Positions 1 to 16,685 of a stretch of DNA of 64,000 nucleotides are shown piece after piece. The position numbers were made by a program, and so were the translations under genes. The first letter of the stretch is position 1. Every line of letters begins with the position of its first letter. This DNA comes from the human T2T-CHM13v2.0 reference genome, Homo sapiens: the NCBI RefSeq assembly GCF_009914755.1, contig NC_060926.1; one strand, 5' to 3'. The notes beneath the pieces are model-generated. The model saw only the letters and a program-made list of their open reading frames with translations. It was not told where the DNA came from and did not search any database.

Positions 1-1840
1 AAAACAAGGAAGATGTTTTCTCCAACGGTCCAGAGAGCCAGGCCTTCCCATGGAGGTGGATCACAAGGCAGAAAAGGGGGTCCCTCGAGGCTTCGCAAAG
101 GGAGGCTGAGGCTGACTCTTGAAGGCTGAGTGAGGGATGGGAAGGGCATCCGTGGCACAGGACAGAGTACATGCAAAGGCACTGAGGAAAGAAACCACAA
201 GGCCTATTTAGACAACCACTAGTGGTTGGAAGCAGCTTGAATTAGGAAGCGCAAGAGGAGCAGTGGTAGGAGATAAATCTAGAGAAGGAGCAAAAGGCCA
301 AATCATATCAACCACATGCAAAGCCCTTTAAAAGAAATTGTATTATGTACTCTCCTTGCTTCCTGTTTTCCCTTAGACTAATTTTCTCATCTTCTACTAC
401 AAAACTTATTCTACTGACTGTCATTTCCTGATTTATTTTCCTCCAGGCACTACTTCTAAGCACTTCTCCCTGTATGCACACAACCCTGTCCTTATCACCC
501 AACAGCAGGCCTTTCATTTTGGCTTGGACTCCTGGTTATGGGTTCAGTGAGGCCAGGCTATTTAACTATACTGCTGCTTGTCAGGGGGTTTATGAAATCC
601 TTAATCAGGGGTTTATGTAAATCAGTGTAAGTTAACTTCTAAAACCTTTATAAAACTGTTTTTATTTTTTTAAGACTAAATCACAGGTCAAAAGTTTAAT
701 CAGTCAACACAACTCTAAACTAGCTTTAAAAAAGAATATATTCATCTTACTGAAAAATCCAAATGTAGATCATTACCTGTCATTGCTAGCTCTGGGGCTC
801 AAAAAATGTGAGCAGAACTTTGGCTGTGACTCCCTCCTTGTGTTTTGGTTCTTCTTTATCATGTGCTGGCTCTATTCTCAGCTGGCTCTGTCTATGTGGT
901 GGCCTCTGGCAGCTCCAGATTGGTGGTACCAATAGAGTCAGGATTCTCAGTGTAGAGAGTGCTCCTCCTCCTCAACATTTCTACCTGATGCTTCGGATTT
1001 GAGTCTTATTGGCCTGGCTGTGCCATGTGTCCATTCCAAATAAAGGATGAAACGCAGATAAGCAACCACATGCCTATATCGGGAGTGGGATGGGAGCTTT
1101 GAGGGAGCCAAAGTTCAAACCACGTGTACAAAAGTATGGAAGGAATGGTTTCTCCTCATCACTAGGATGTCCTTACCAGAAGAAGGAGAAAGGAGTGCTT
1201 GTCAGCAAAAGCAAAATGTAACTAACATGAAGATTTTACAGTTGATCATTCATTCAATGATATTTATTGAGTGTCTGGGATTTCAAGGTATCACGATAAA
1301 TAAATGTGGTTATTTACTGTCTTCAGGATGGTCAGTCTTCAAGTAAAAAATGATAGGTTAAGGTATCATATTAATCAACAAGCAACACTTATCTTTGAAT
1401 CCACATTGTTTAATCTCATCTTCAGGGTTACAGGAAATTGTGAAGACTTTGATAAAATCATTATGCATTACAGAGACTGGAAATTTCAGACCTGAAAAAA
1501 TGTATAAATTAAATCATTTTTATTGCATTAGAATGATTGTATTAAAAATGTTTTGAATACTGTGCCAGGGACTATGAAAAAAAGACTGTGACATATTTAT
1601 TAGAGGAGAGTCAATGGGTGAAAACCAACTGTTTTTGTATTACTTGAGTAGAAGGTTGGAAAAGCCGAGACTTCAGAAGATTTTAAAAGGATAAAAGAAA
1701 TGAATTTGACAATCTTGGGTGCAGAAATTATCCATAAAATTATGCTTAACCATAAAAAGGATGGTTAAGGATGATTGTAATCTTCAGGAAGAGAGATGAT
1801 TGTAAGTGAAAAATAACACAGACAAGATACAAGATAAGTA

Positions 1841-2189
<349 letters not shown>

Positions 2190-2409
2190 TTAAAAAGTCA
2201 GCATTCCATTGGGATTCTTATTGGAATGTCAAGACACTCACCTTAAATATACTATAGTTCTGAAGGTGTCATGCACATCTTTGTAACCAACAATCCTAAA
2301 CAATGTGGCATCTTACATTTACCCAGCCCTGTGTCTCCAGGTCCAGTCAAACCTCCGGGACGAGTGCCAAATCTAAGTGTCTCACTCAAGGTCATGCATT
2401 TTACTGTCT

Positions 2410-2714
2410 TCTTCTTCTTTTTTTTTTTGTTTGTGAGACAGAGTCTCACTCCGTTGCCCAGGATGGAATGCAGTGGCATGATCTCGGCTCACTGCAACCT
2501 CTGACTCCTGGGTTCAAGCAATTCTTGCGCCTCCGCCTCCAGAGTAGCCAGGTACAGGTATGCGCCACCACAACTGGCTAATTTTTGTATTTTTAGTAGA
2601 GATGGGGTTTCATGATGTTGGCCAGGTTTGTCTCAAACTCCTGACTTAAGATGATCTGCCTGCCTCAGCCTCCCAAAGTGCTAGGGCTACAGGCGTGAGC
2701 CACCGCGCCTGGCC
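2410..2714 (-). mobile_element. AluS (Sx/Sz-like) SINE
   Basis: T-rich tail followed by antisense Alu dimer ending GCGCCTGGCC. Confidence 0.9.
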
Positions 2715-3488
2715 AAGTCTTATTCTTTTAATAGTTTAAATAAAATTCTAACCTGATCTGATAAAAGCATATGTGACAGCTTGGATTTAAACCTTCCTTT
2801 TTTGGGAAGGTGGGTAGTGGGATTTGAGGCTCTGCTAGGGAGAAATTAAGAAGAAAAATGCAGAAATGTGCTCTGGAATAGTACAAATATTCTGGTTAAG
2901 AATCTCAATATGAGAAACATAACCTACTCTCTCTGACTTGAATTGTTTATTAGAAACAATCCTTTTTTCCTCACTGTTTTTTTATTAAGTTGACAGAACA
3001 GTATTTAAAAAATATGTGAATAGCCTAACAAACAGTGAATACAGTGTACTTAAGTTATTAGAAATTTAGAAGGCTTTTTACTTATCTTTACTAATTCTGT
3101 ACCTTTCGCTTCCTTCTTACATAAATTATTCAGTTTTCAATGTTTTTGAACCTTATATGAAAGGAACCAAACTGAGCTTTTAATTTTCTTCAATATGCTT
3201 TTAAGTTTTGCTTAACATTATGTTATTGAGATTTATCCTTGCTCTTGCACATAACTGTATTCCCTTCATTTTTATTTGTGTAGTATTCCATTGTATGACT
3301 ACATCACCATTTATGGATTCATTCTACTGTTGATGGTGTGTGTGTGTGTTTATAGTTATTGAATCCATGTTTTTTGGATTGAGTGGAATTGAAGGGTCAT
3401 AGATATGCATCTCGGTAGATAAATGCCAAATTATTTTGTGAGGTGATTTTAACTACTGCTAGCAGCAGTGTAGAAGAATCCCAGTTGC

Positions 3489-3734
3489 GGCTGGGCGCAG
3501 TGGCTCACCGCCATAATCCCAGCACTTTGGGAGGCCAAGGTGGGCCGATCACAAGATCAGGAGTTCGAGACCAGCCTGGCCAATATGCTGAAACCCCGTC
3601 TCTACTAAAAGTACAAAAAAATTTAGCCGGGCATGGTGGCGCACACCTGTAATCCCAGCTACTCAGGAAGCTGAGGCAGGAGAGTTGCTTGAACCTGGGA
3701 GGTGGAGGTTGTGTGAGTTGAGATCGTGCCAAAA
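3489..3734 (+). mobile_element. AluS lacking the last ~40 nt of the right arm
   Basis: Ends at GAGATCGTGCC followed by a short A run; TSD aagaatccc(a/t)gttgc at 3474-3488 and 3735-3749. Confidence 0.9.
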
Positions 3735-4757
3735 AAGAATCCCTGTTGCTGCATGTCGTTTCAACTCTTGATAACCAGATATAAATTATTTTTAGCCTCG
3801 TAAATTTACAATGGTAATTGATAGTGCTTTATTTTGTATTAATTGCTCACTAATGAAGTTGAGTATCTTTTTAGTTATTACCCTTTCAAGTTTCTGTTCA
3901 AATCTTTGGGCCATTTTCCATTGGGTTTTTTTCTCTTTTATTTTTAGTATTTCTTTATATATTGAATTAATCTTCACGTTTTCATAACTTGCCTGTTGAC
4001 GTTCTTCTATAAGAGTCTTTTGATGAATGAAAGATCATGATTATAATGTTCTTAAAGTTATCCATATTTCCTTTATTGTTTGAACTTCTTGCATTAAGAA
4101 ATCCTTTTTGATTCCAATGGTCACATATAAAGAATGTGACCTATTCTTTTTATATAGGTTTTATAGTTTTGCTTTATTTTACATTTCCCCCAAACATTTT
4201 CACATCAGTTTCTTTGGAACTGACTTTGCATTATGTGAGAGTTGCATCCCTCCTCCTCAATGTGAGTAACAAGTATTGTAGAATCATTTTTTTTTTAAAA
4301 GCACCCTTTCCACACGGACTGGTAGTGCCATATTTGCCATACATCTATATTACATCTATATGAGTGAGTATCTTTTTTGGAGTGCTCTTTATTCTGTACC
4401 TTTTGTCTGTTTTCTGTTCTGCCAGAAGCATACTGTATTTACTGCTATAGATTCAAAATACTTTTTGTTGTCTGCTATGGCATTTCTCATTTTATTTTCT
4501 TCTTCAACATATCTATTCTGTTTTGGGCCATTTGAAAGTAAGTTGCAGATACTGTGACATTTTACCCAAGAATATCCCAGGGTATGTAATTATCACAGTA
4601 ATGAAATTTTATATTGCTATAACACTATTATTTACTATATATTCTATTTTAAAATTTCAACAGTTGTTCCAATAATGTCTTTTATAGCAACATTATTTCC
4701 CTGTTTCCAGATCCAGTCTAGGGTCACACATTACATTTAGTTGCCACATCTCATTAG

Positions 4758-5088
<331 letters not shown>

Positions 5089-5168
5089 TTGTCTTTTATA
5101 ATAGTGACATCTCTGAAAGTACAGCGCAGTTGTTGCTGTGAAATGCCCTTCAATGTGGATACAGTTGC

Positions 5169-5455
5169 TTTTTTTTTTGAGATGGAATCTCACTTTGTCA
5201 CCAGGCTGGAGTGCAGTGGTACAGTAGGCTTACTGCAACCTCTGCCTCCTGAGTTCAAGCGATTCTCCTGCCTCAGCCTCCCGAGTAGCTGGGACTAGAG
5301 GCACGCGCCACCACACCCAGCTAATTTTTGTATTTTTAGTAGAGACGGGGTTTCACCATGTTGGCCAGGATGGTCTCGATCTCCTGACCTTGCGATCCAC
5401 CCGCCTCAGCCTCCCAAAGTGCTGGGATTACAGGTGTGAGCCACTGCGCCTGGCC
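5169..5455 (-). mobile_element. AluSc-like SINE
   Basis: TCACCAGGCTGG (Sc-type 1-nt gap); cagttgc repeated on both flanks. Confidence 0.9.
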
Positions 5456-6865
5456 CAGTTGCATTTTTAATGGAAATGTTAGGTAAGTTACATCATTCCC
5501 TTCTCAGTGCATAATATCAAAATGTCAGTTTCTGTTATTATTGAGGCTTTTTTTTACCTTGTTACTTTTGTTTACCTGGTTAAGATGGTGTCATACATAA
5601 AGTTTTCCATTTTTTCCTATACAATTAATAAGTAATCATTGGAAAGAAATGTTTAGACTGTGTAAATGTCTTGTAATTTATCAAAATTTTATGTAATAAT
5701 TTTAACATCCATTGATGATTCTTGCCAAAATCAACTATTTTTCCTATGGTTTCTAATCAATTCTATTTTAACTATTATGTCATTCCTTCTACATTTAACA
5801 TTGCCAAAAGTAGATACAAGTTCTAATTTGCTCTTTAACAAATTTTCTTGATCATTTAGAAATAACTTTTCCTTTTCACTTGTCTCCAGGTTTTTTATTT
5901 CATACTATATAATAAATTTAGCTAGTATTTTATATGTCTTTGTTAATTCCAACATCTGATCTACTTGGGTCTAATTTTCTATTTGTTATTTCCTTATATG
6001 TTTTATTGTTTTTGACTATGGACTCAATTTTTTGGGTACTTTATCTGAGGCAATTCTTTGCCTTTCTCTGGGCACTTCTGGAAACTCCAAACAAATACTA
6101 CTTTACATAAAATTCTTTGGTGAGGGTTTATAGGCCATTAAGGAAGTGTGAATTTGGGTTACAAAATTCTGTGAAGGCTGGCTTGTAGGTAAGGACTTTT
6201 AAGGGCAAATTTTTTCCTTACCACTCAGCACTGAAATTCAGCAGGCACTGTTTTTTTGTTGTGCTTGGCGTGAGGAGGTATGTGGGTTTATTTGAAATTC
6301 ACCCTTTCCCTGAGGCTGTAGCTGTTGGATAGTCAGCTTCATGTGGTGGGATCTTCTATGGGATTCCTTGCCTTTGAAGGGCCCTGGCTTTATCTTCTGC
6401 CCCCAGTCCCCCAGAGGCCATGACAAATGAAGCTCAAGTTCACCAGTGTTGACATGCCTCAGGACAAAATCTGGCTCTAGTGAGTGACTCATGTCTCTGA
6501 ATTCCTGTTTCCACTTAAGTTTTGGCCTCTGGATATTTCTTACCATTTTTGTTTTCCATTTGATATATCTTAAAATAAGCTTTTAGTAATTTAACTAGCC
6601 TCCTAGTTGTTTTTAGAGAAAGAGTTCTCTGGGTTTTTAACCGTCACACTGTTGGAAATGGAGTCCTCCGTGGTCTCTGTCTTTACATTGAGATCCAGGA
6701 ACCACTTTGCCTTTAATAAACTCACGCAAGGGTGAACATATTCACACATACCAGTGGGGTAGATTTGCATGTGTCTGCTTATTCTTCTCGTAGAATAATG
6801 CGTAAGGCCCACTAGTTTAATACTTAATGAGGTTATTTCAGGCAGTTGTAGTAAAAAAATACGGA

Positions 6866-7055
6866 GTTCCCCTTCCTGTGTCCATGTGTCCGGGGCCTGT
6901 TGTCGGGTGGGGGGAGGGGGGAGGGATAGCATTAGGAGATATATCTAATGTTAAATGACGAGTTAATAGGTGCAGCATACCAGCATGGCACATGTATACA
7001 TATGTAACTAACCTGCACGTTGTGCACATGTACCCTAAAACTTAAAGTATAATAA
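6866..7055 (+). mobile_element. Young L1PA (PA2/PA3-like) 3' end with a 24 bp 5' inversion
   Basis: L1 3'UTR G-tract to TACCCTAAAACTTAAAGTATAATAA; 6866-6889 is the reverse complement of the upstream L1 sequence; 16 bp TSD at 6853-6868 and 7056-7071. Confidence 0.93.
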
Positions 7056-7889
7056 AAAAAAATACGGAGTTTCATAGGTGGTTTATTTGATCACAGATAA
7101 TTTTCCAACTTTTTGGCTGAGTTGATCAAACAGTAAATACAATGTTTGGCAGGGAATTAAATGGGATCTTATGGTCTAAACAAATTTAAAGGATTATTTT
7201 ATCTTTTCTTCTAAATATTTGTTTGAAATAACTCTCATATAATAAATAGGCATTCCATAAATATTGAATGAATGAGCAATGAATGAATGAACAAATGAAC
7301 GACTGTTGTTCAACTGCTCAAACCCAGTTTAGTGTACACAGGATAGCCTGCGATTGGCCATCATTGAATGAGTAAGGTTTATACCTGGCCTCTTCCATGC
7401 TTACTAGCTTGCATAGACCTGGTCATGGGGGAGGGGTGGAGAAGGACGTTTTCAGTGAAACATTGTAAATACTTGCCTCACTTCAGCCTGTAAATTGAAT
7501 TTCCAGCATAAATCCTATCCTAGGCATCAACAGTGCAGTATTATTTGGAAAGGTACAATTGATGAAAATATAAGAGCTGACTATTTATCAAGCTATCTCG
7601 TTCTTTTTCCACCAAGAGGTAAACAGCCTGTAGCATTTGCTGTCATTGAAATACATCGAATTTTCAAGGACTGCTTCCTAAATTCTGGTTATTTTATTTG
7701 GAAACATTTTGCCTGAAATTTTGGCAGCTGCTGCTCTGAGCAGGGTGGACTATGAGGCTAGTCAGAGACTGGAACAGAATTATAAGGACCTTAAACTCTC
7801 AGAGGGAAGCCTCAACTTGCTCTGGATTGTGGCCCAAAGCAAGACAGAAAGTTTCCTGGGCAGGATAGATGATTAGAAAAAAGTCCTCT

Positions 7890-8172
7890 GACTGGGCACA
7901 GTGGCTCACGCCTGTATATCCAGCATTTTGGGAGGCCAAGGCGGGCAAATCACAAGGTCAGGAGATAGAGACCATCCTGGCTAACATGGTGAAACCCCGT
8001 CTCTAATAAAAATACAAAAATTAGCTGGGCATGCACCTGTAGTCCCAGCTACTCAAGGAGAATCTCTTGGACCCGGGAGGCAGAGGTTGCAGTGACCAAG
8101 ATCGTACCACTGCACTCCAGCCTGGGTGACAGAGCAAGACTCCATCAAAAAAAAAAAAAAAAAAAAAAAGAA
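7890..8172 (+). mobile_element. Alu (Y/Sc8-like) with two small internal deletions
   Basis: Alu dimer and A tail; TSD agaaaaaagtcctct at 7875-7889 and 8173-8187. Confidence 0.9.
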
Positions 8173-9964
8173 AGAAAAAAGTCCTCTGATTGGTACCCAT
8201 GAGGTAGGTACCAGTCATAGGAAAAGCACAGGACTGAGTTTTCAACACACAAGCATGGCTTAAGTCTGGCTGGATATAGCACCTGAATATGAATTGAAAA
8301 ATACCTTAGGCTATAAATCAGGTCCATCTAAGGCACTTCTTAAAGACGTTGTACCTTCCACCTCATCTCCCACTCCCCTTTGAACAGAACAGAACAATTG
8401 GTAGTTCTTTATGTTTTGATTCTTTGTACATCTTTAATGGTAACTAAAGCCTTATTAATTCATTAATTCAAATATGTTTGTACAGTGGCCTTTTCTAAGG
8501 GATTCCTCCCATGTGATTTGCTAGAAAGGAACATAGAGAGCTGCAAGACCAGGTTTCCTACATTCTAGAAAACAAGTTTCACAGATTATGAAAATCTTTA
8601 TTGTTATTCATTCCTTCATTTCAGTTATAAATAAAAATATTATTACCACCTCCCTCCCATACATTACAGCCAGTGGCTAGGTGAAGTTATCTATTTGCAG
8701 GCTGCCTGCACTTTATATAATCTCTGGAAAGTCATTCCAACTAAATAGTTCATATTGAGTTTGGTCAAAAAATTGATGAAAAATTTATTATTCCAAAGCT
8801 ATTTCATTTGTTCTTTACCTTTGCCAGTGACTAAACACTGAAGGGGTAATTATGTAAATTTTAACTAGCTATTTATGTTCAAATATTTTTGGTTCAGTAA
8901 CCAAGACTGTAATCTGCTCAGTACAGAAAACCCTATCAGATGTTGTTTTTTGACATCTGGTTTCTGAGCATGATGGTGAAGTGTTCGTCAACTGCAACAG
9001 AACAGAGGTATAAGGAGCCTCACTTTTTGTAATGATCTGGCTCTCTGTCACTATCCACTGATCTGGAACGTAAGTATTTGTGGGTGACTCATCAAATGTA
9101 GAGAAGAGCTTTGAATGTGAGAATGTTTAAATTGCTTGAAAATATCACCTCTAAAGATAAAGTCTTGGCACAATTTAAATTCAAGATACAACTTAACATG
9201 GTTTTGAATTTCCCAAGAGATTCTTGTATTGTTCTCATAGGCTGAAAAACATACAGCAGTAATAAGTGACCAGATAACATCCATTTCACTTATTCCATTT
9301 CTTTGATAAGAACAGATATTAATATTTGATATAGAGAAAGATCACCTTCAGCATTTGCATTGTCTGGTTTAATTTGGTTTGGTTGTTTGAACTACATAAC
9401 GCCAGATTTTCTGTGTTTTCTGAGAGAGTACAGGTATAAATCCGAAATTTATAGATGATTCGTATATTTGGCAAAATGATTAATCGAGAACATTTTAAAC
9501 CAAATCCTGAGATGGAGAAGAAATTCTAAGATATAAAATTATACTCACAGAGAACAATGTGATCTGAAGAAATTCTAAGATAGAAAATCATACCCACAGA
9601 GCACAATGTGAGGTAGCAGCATCAACTCAATAAATCTCAGGTGTGTGGAGCAAATAGGTTTTGGGAAGATGACTTATGTGGATTGTGGACAAGAACCAAA
9701 ATTTTAACAACAAAAACAGGTTAGCATGATTTTTCAGTATTTCCAGTGTCATAACTTGTGAGGGTTAGTATTTATGAAGAGGGCACTGAATAGTGATAAT
9801 AATACTGAGAGTAATAATAACTATTATAATTCTAGCTACAGCTTTTATTCAGAACTTAGGCTGTACTCACTGCCTGTAGCTATAATTCCCAATTGTAAAT
9901 ATTATTATTATCCATTAAAAAATCTTTATTTTCCTCTGGGATGCGATCCTGTTTGTGCAGCTTG

Positions 9965-10139
9965 GTTCTTTGTTTTGTTTTGTTTATTGTTGTTGTTGTT
10001 TTGAGACAGGATCTCACTCTGTTGAGTGCAATGGCACAGTCATAGTTCACTGTAACCTTGAACTCCTGGCCTCAAGTGATCCTCCTCCCTTGGCCTCCCG
10101 AGTTGCTGAGATAATAGGCGCGAGCCACTGTGCCCAGCC
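9965..10139 (-). mobile_element. Alu monomer (FRAM/AluJ-like)
   Basis: Single antisense arm with (TTG)n tail and ATAGTTCACTG J-type motif. Confidence 0.75.
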
Positions 10140-11744
10140 TATCGCGTCTGTTTTGCAGTTGAAGAAACTGAAGTTCAGAGATACCATGTAACTTATTCTA
10201 CTAGTAATAAATAATAAGGTAGCTAAGAATAAAGAATCGAGATTTCATTGGTGCTTTAAAAATTAGTAGGTTATGGAATCAATGGGCTTAAAAAAAACAT
10301 ATTCCAGGACTAGATAACAGAGTAAAAGTGGGGGAAACAATTGTTTGCTTAGATGGCACACTGTAAAGGATGGCATTTTGGAAATAGTGTCATGGCATGC
10401 TTCTTATACATCAGGTGGGTGAGTGGGCAGGAGTAAGATGTCCAAGCCTGTCAATGATCAAGAAACTTCTGGCAGCTGACTCTTAACTGCTGTGTCTCAT
10501 TTCTTCTGTGTTGGGCTGGAACAGCTTTAAAGTAACATATTCTGGTTGCCCCAGGCCACTAGTGGGATGGGGTGGGATTAATGACAAGAAAAGGATAGTG
10601 AAAAAATACAAGATATGCTTTTATGAGGTGACCTCTTCTTTCTTTCCTAATGTTTCCTGCCCCTCTATCCTCCCTTGTTCCCGTTTGGGCTTCTAGTACA
10701 ATCTGACCTACTTGTTTTCAAACATGCTGTTTCTTTTGTTTGTAGCCTGACTGTCTATCTTGCAAACTGCCCCCTTTTTTAAAGTCAGTTGAAATCTGAC
10801 TTCAGTGGCAAAGCTTCTCCTGACTCCCCATTAGGGAAGGCTTCAGTGCTCAGGCTGATGTTTACACAGCCCTCCACTGAAACAATAGTGTTAGAATATT
10901 GTGATTGTTTGCTTGTTTCTTTGACTTCCCACCAGATTGTATACTTACCTAAGACAAGGAGATTTTACTTTTTTTGTATCTTTGTGCTTCCAGTGCCTTA
11001 CACATGGTACTCTATAATAAAAAATGTATTGAAGTTCAATAACTGAATAAATGAATAAATCAGTCATAGTTTGGAGAGAATAGTGTAGTGGCATAGTAAG
11101 GACATAAGTAAAGAAGGCATTCAGGGGACTATTTAAATATCTACAAGTGCAGCTCACAGGAGAGAGGTGGGTGAGGATGAAAGACAAGAGCAGCTAAGTG
11201 ATATTATTGTGGGAATTGTCAACAGACTACACAGCTAAGCTGAAGTTATGAATTGTACACACTGCTCAGATTATAAAATAGGCAAAACAGAAAAATGTAC
11301 CGGTGATAACACAATCCAACTCTCTGGATAGCTGCTCAGAATTTTAGTGTGCTAAAAGCAGAACATCTGATTAATATTTTACAATTTCAGCTCTCAGAAG
11401 GCACCGGAAGGAGCAAGGGGAAGGCTGATCAGGGCCTAGCGTTAACGTAGTGCTGGCAGGCATGGTGTGGAAGAGACAGAAATCCCGGGAAGGGGAGACT
11501 TGGCTGTCTTTGCAATAAACGAGTACTTTTATTGTTCTAGCCATTAAAATTATGCACATATTTGTAAAAAGTGGAATGTAAAGAAATGTAGAAAGAGAAA
11601 AATATAGCCCTAATCTTTGATCCCCATTACTGCTAACATTTGTGGTATTTCTTCAAATCTTTAAAAATAATGAATGTATGTATAATACATGCATTTTTCA
11701 CACATTTGGGATGTATTTTTCCACTTTCCACTAATTTTCACTAA

Positions 11745-12111
<367 letters not shown>

Positions 12112-12459
12112 TTCCATATTATTTTAGATTCCTTTATAATATCACTTTCTTAGATGTATAATATTCCATCTATGTATAAATCATAACTCGGAAATACTTA
12201 TCTATTATTGTTAGATGCTTGTTTTCAGTTTTTGCTATAATAAGTAATGCTGCAATGAATAACTTTATTGAGGATGTAACTCATATCTTTTGTATATATT
12301 TTCTGGATGGATTTCTAGAGTGAAATGATTGGTAAGACTTCATACTTTCACTAATTTCTTTCCAGAATTACACTTCCACTAGTGGATTACAGAAGTGATA
12401 TTTTCATTTTGTCATGTCTCCTATATAAATATACGTATACACATATGTTTGCATGTATA

Positions 12460-13275
<816 letters not shown>

Positions 13276-13368
13276 ATATATGTACACGTGTATATATAAT
13301 TGTAAATGTACGTCCGACATATATGTTTTGATTTGCATTTTCTTGAGTACTAAAGAGCATCTTTGATT

Positions 13369-14037
13369 GATTAGTGGGTACAAATACACAGTTTGATAAG
13401 AGAAATAAGACCTAGTGTTTGATCTATCACTAGGGGGATTATAGTTTATAATTGCCTTAGTCCATTCTCACATTACTGTATATAAATACCTGAGACTGGG
13501 TAATTTATAAAGAAAAGAGGTTTAATTGGCTCACAGTTCTGCAGACAGTACAGGAAGCATGGCAGCTTCTGCTTCTGGGGAGGCCTCAGGAAACTTCCAA
13601 TCATGTAAGGAGCAGGCGTCTTACATGTAAGAAGCAGGGGTGGGGGAGGTGCTACATACTTTTAAGTGACCACCTTTTGTGAGAACTCACTCGCTATCTC
13701 TAGGACAGTATCAAGGAGGATGGTGCTAAACCATTCATGAGAAACCACCCCCATGTTCCAATCACCTCCCACCAGGCCCTGCCTCCAACACTGGGGATTA
13801 CAATTTGACATGAGATTACGTGGGGAAACAGATCCAAACCATTTCAATAATAATATATTGTATATTTCAAAAGAGCTAGAAGAGAATAAATCAAATGTTT
13901 CTAGCATAAAGAATAGACAAATATTTAAGGTAATGGATATCCCAATTCCACTGATTGGATCTTTACAAATTATATGAATGTATTAAATTATCACATGTAT
14001 CCAAAAATATGTACATCTATTATGTATCAATAAAAAA
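13369..14037 (+). mobile_element. L1MA-like 3' end interrupted by an MST LTR
   Basis: GGGTACAAATACACAGTT..AAGACCTAGTGTTTGAT, ends TATGTATCAATAAAAAA; imperfect 17 bp TSD at 13352-13368 and 14035-14051. Confidence 0.8.
13453..13846 (-). mobile_element. MSTA/MSTB solo LTR
   Basis: TG..CA termini, CCTGAGACTGGGTAATTTATAAAGAAAAGAGG; perfect 5 bp TSD ataat. Confidence 0.88.
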
Positions 14038-15556
14038 GAGTTTCTTTGACTACTAAAGAGTTTAAAGATAACTAAGAGTTTAGAATACTTTACGGTCAGC
14101 AAATTGTCCCTTTAAGACCTTTGCCCGGTTCTTTCCTGTTTAGTTCTTATTTATTTTTCCTTTTCCTGACATATAACACTATCATTTTAACAACAGAGAG
14201 GCAAAAGACTTGATCTTGCCTTGAAGTTATCCCGTCCATGTAGAATATTTAGAAATCAATTAAAATAATTACTGAAGACTTCTAAAGATAACAAAAGTTA
14301 TCTTACTCAAAATGTACAGGGAAATTTTTTTTTCTTTTGAAATCCAAATGCACAGAAAAGTGTCAACAAAGTTACAGTTATGTTTTCTGCACCATTTGAT
14401 TGTTATGTTACTGCTATGATGCACCAATCATTTCTGAATACTTTAGCATGGAATTCTGACAACAAGAACATTCTCCCAACCAGTATGCAACCATGAAAAT
14501 CAGGAAATTAACATCAATCTAAAACTGCCATCTAATCATCAGACTCCTTTCAATTGTCTCCATTCGTCTTCAGGATCCAGTCAAAGGTTATGTGTAGCAT
14601 TGGTTTCATGACTCTTTAGTCTCTTTCAATCTGGAACAATTCCTCAGTCTTTCCTTAACTTTTATGATTTTGACACATTTGCAGATAAATTACTCTGTAG
14701 AATATCTCCCAGTTTGGGTTTATCTGATGTTTCCTTTTGATTAGATTGAGCTCATTCACCTTTGACAGGAGTATCATACAAATAAGGTTGTGTTCACCAT
14801 GTTATCGAGTGGCAGTGATTTTAACATCCCATTACTGGTGATGTTACCTTTAATTAACTGAGGAAGGTGGTGTCTGCCAGTCTGCTGAGCTTCTCTGCTG
14901 TCAAATGATAACTCTTCCCTTTGTAATTAATAAGTTTTTTTTTTTTTTTTTGGTGAGGAGTTTCATTGTGACTCTGTACACACCTGTCTGTAATTTTTTT
15001 TTTTTTTTTGTAGAAACGGGATCTTGCTATGCTGCCCAGGCTGGTCTCAAAACTGGCTTCAAGTGATCCTCCTGCTTCTGCCTCCCAAATCCTCCCTCCT
15101 GGGATTATAGGCATGAATCACCACACCCAACCACTGTAAACATCTCAATCTTAATCAAACTTTTACTTTATTCATTATTTATATTGGTATGAAACTCATG
15201 AATACCTATTTTATACAGTGGATTATAATATGATACTATGATTATTTACTTTCATGCTGAAATTGTCCCAGATTTGGTCATTGGAGACTCTTTATGCTGG
15301 CTTCTGTGTTCTTTTGACTTGTCCTCATTATTATTTAAGCCCTTCCCTTTTTCTAGCACACAAAGTTCCAAGTTAATCTTATACTTTTCCTGTCCCTTTT
15401 CTGGAATTCGTCATTTCTCCAAGGAGCCCTGTTCACTTTTAATGGAGAGTGGCTTTTAGAAACCAAGATCTAAGCTTTAAACGTGTTCATTGCTATCTAG
15501 ATATAGTTGCTTCCAAGCCCTTTCAGTGACTAAAGCTAGAGTGTATATGTGTACGT

Positions 15557-15558
15557 AC

Positions 15559-15590
<32 letters not shown>
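15557..15590. repeat. (CA)n microsatellite, interrupted
   Basis: About 16 CA units with one AA interruption. Confidence 0.9.
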
Positions 15591-15636
15591 TGTCTTCTAT
15601 ATTTATTTATCTCTCTATCTCTCTTATTAAGATTCA

Positions 15637-16288
<652 letters not shown>

Positions 16289-16297
16289 CTATTCTAA

Positions 16298-16685
<388 letters not shown>

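Noticed and set aside
8869-9289. Abutting minus-strand ORFs of 77 and 60 aa as an exon
   Set aside because: Different frames, no recognisable domain, no convincing splice structure
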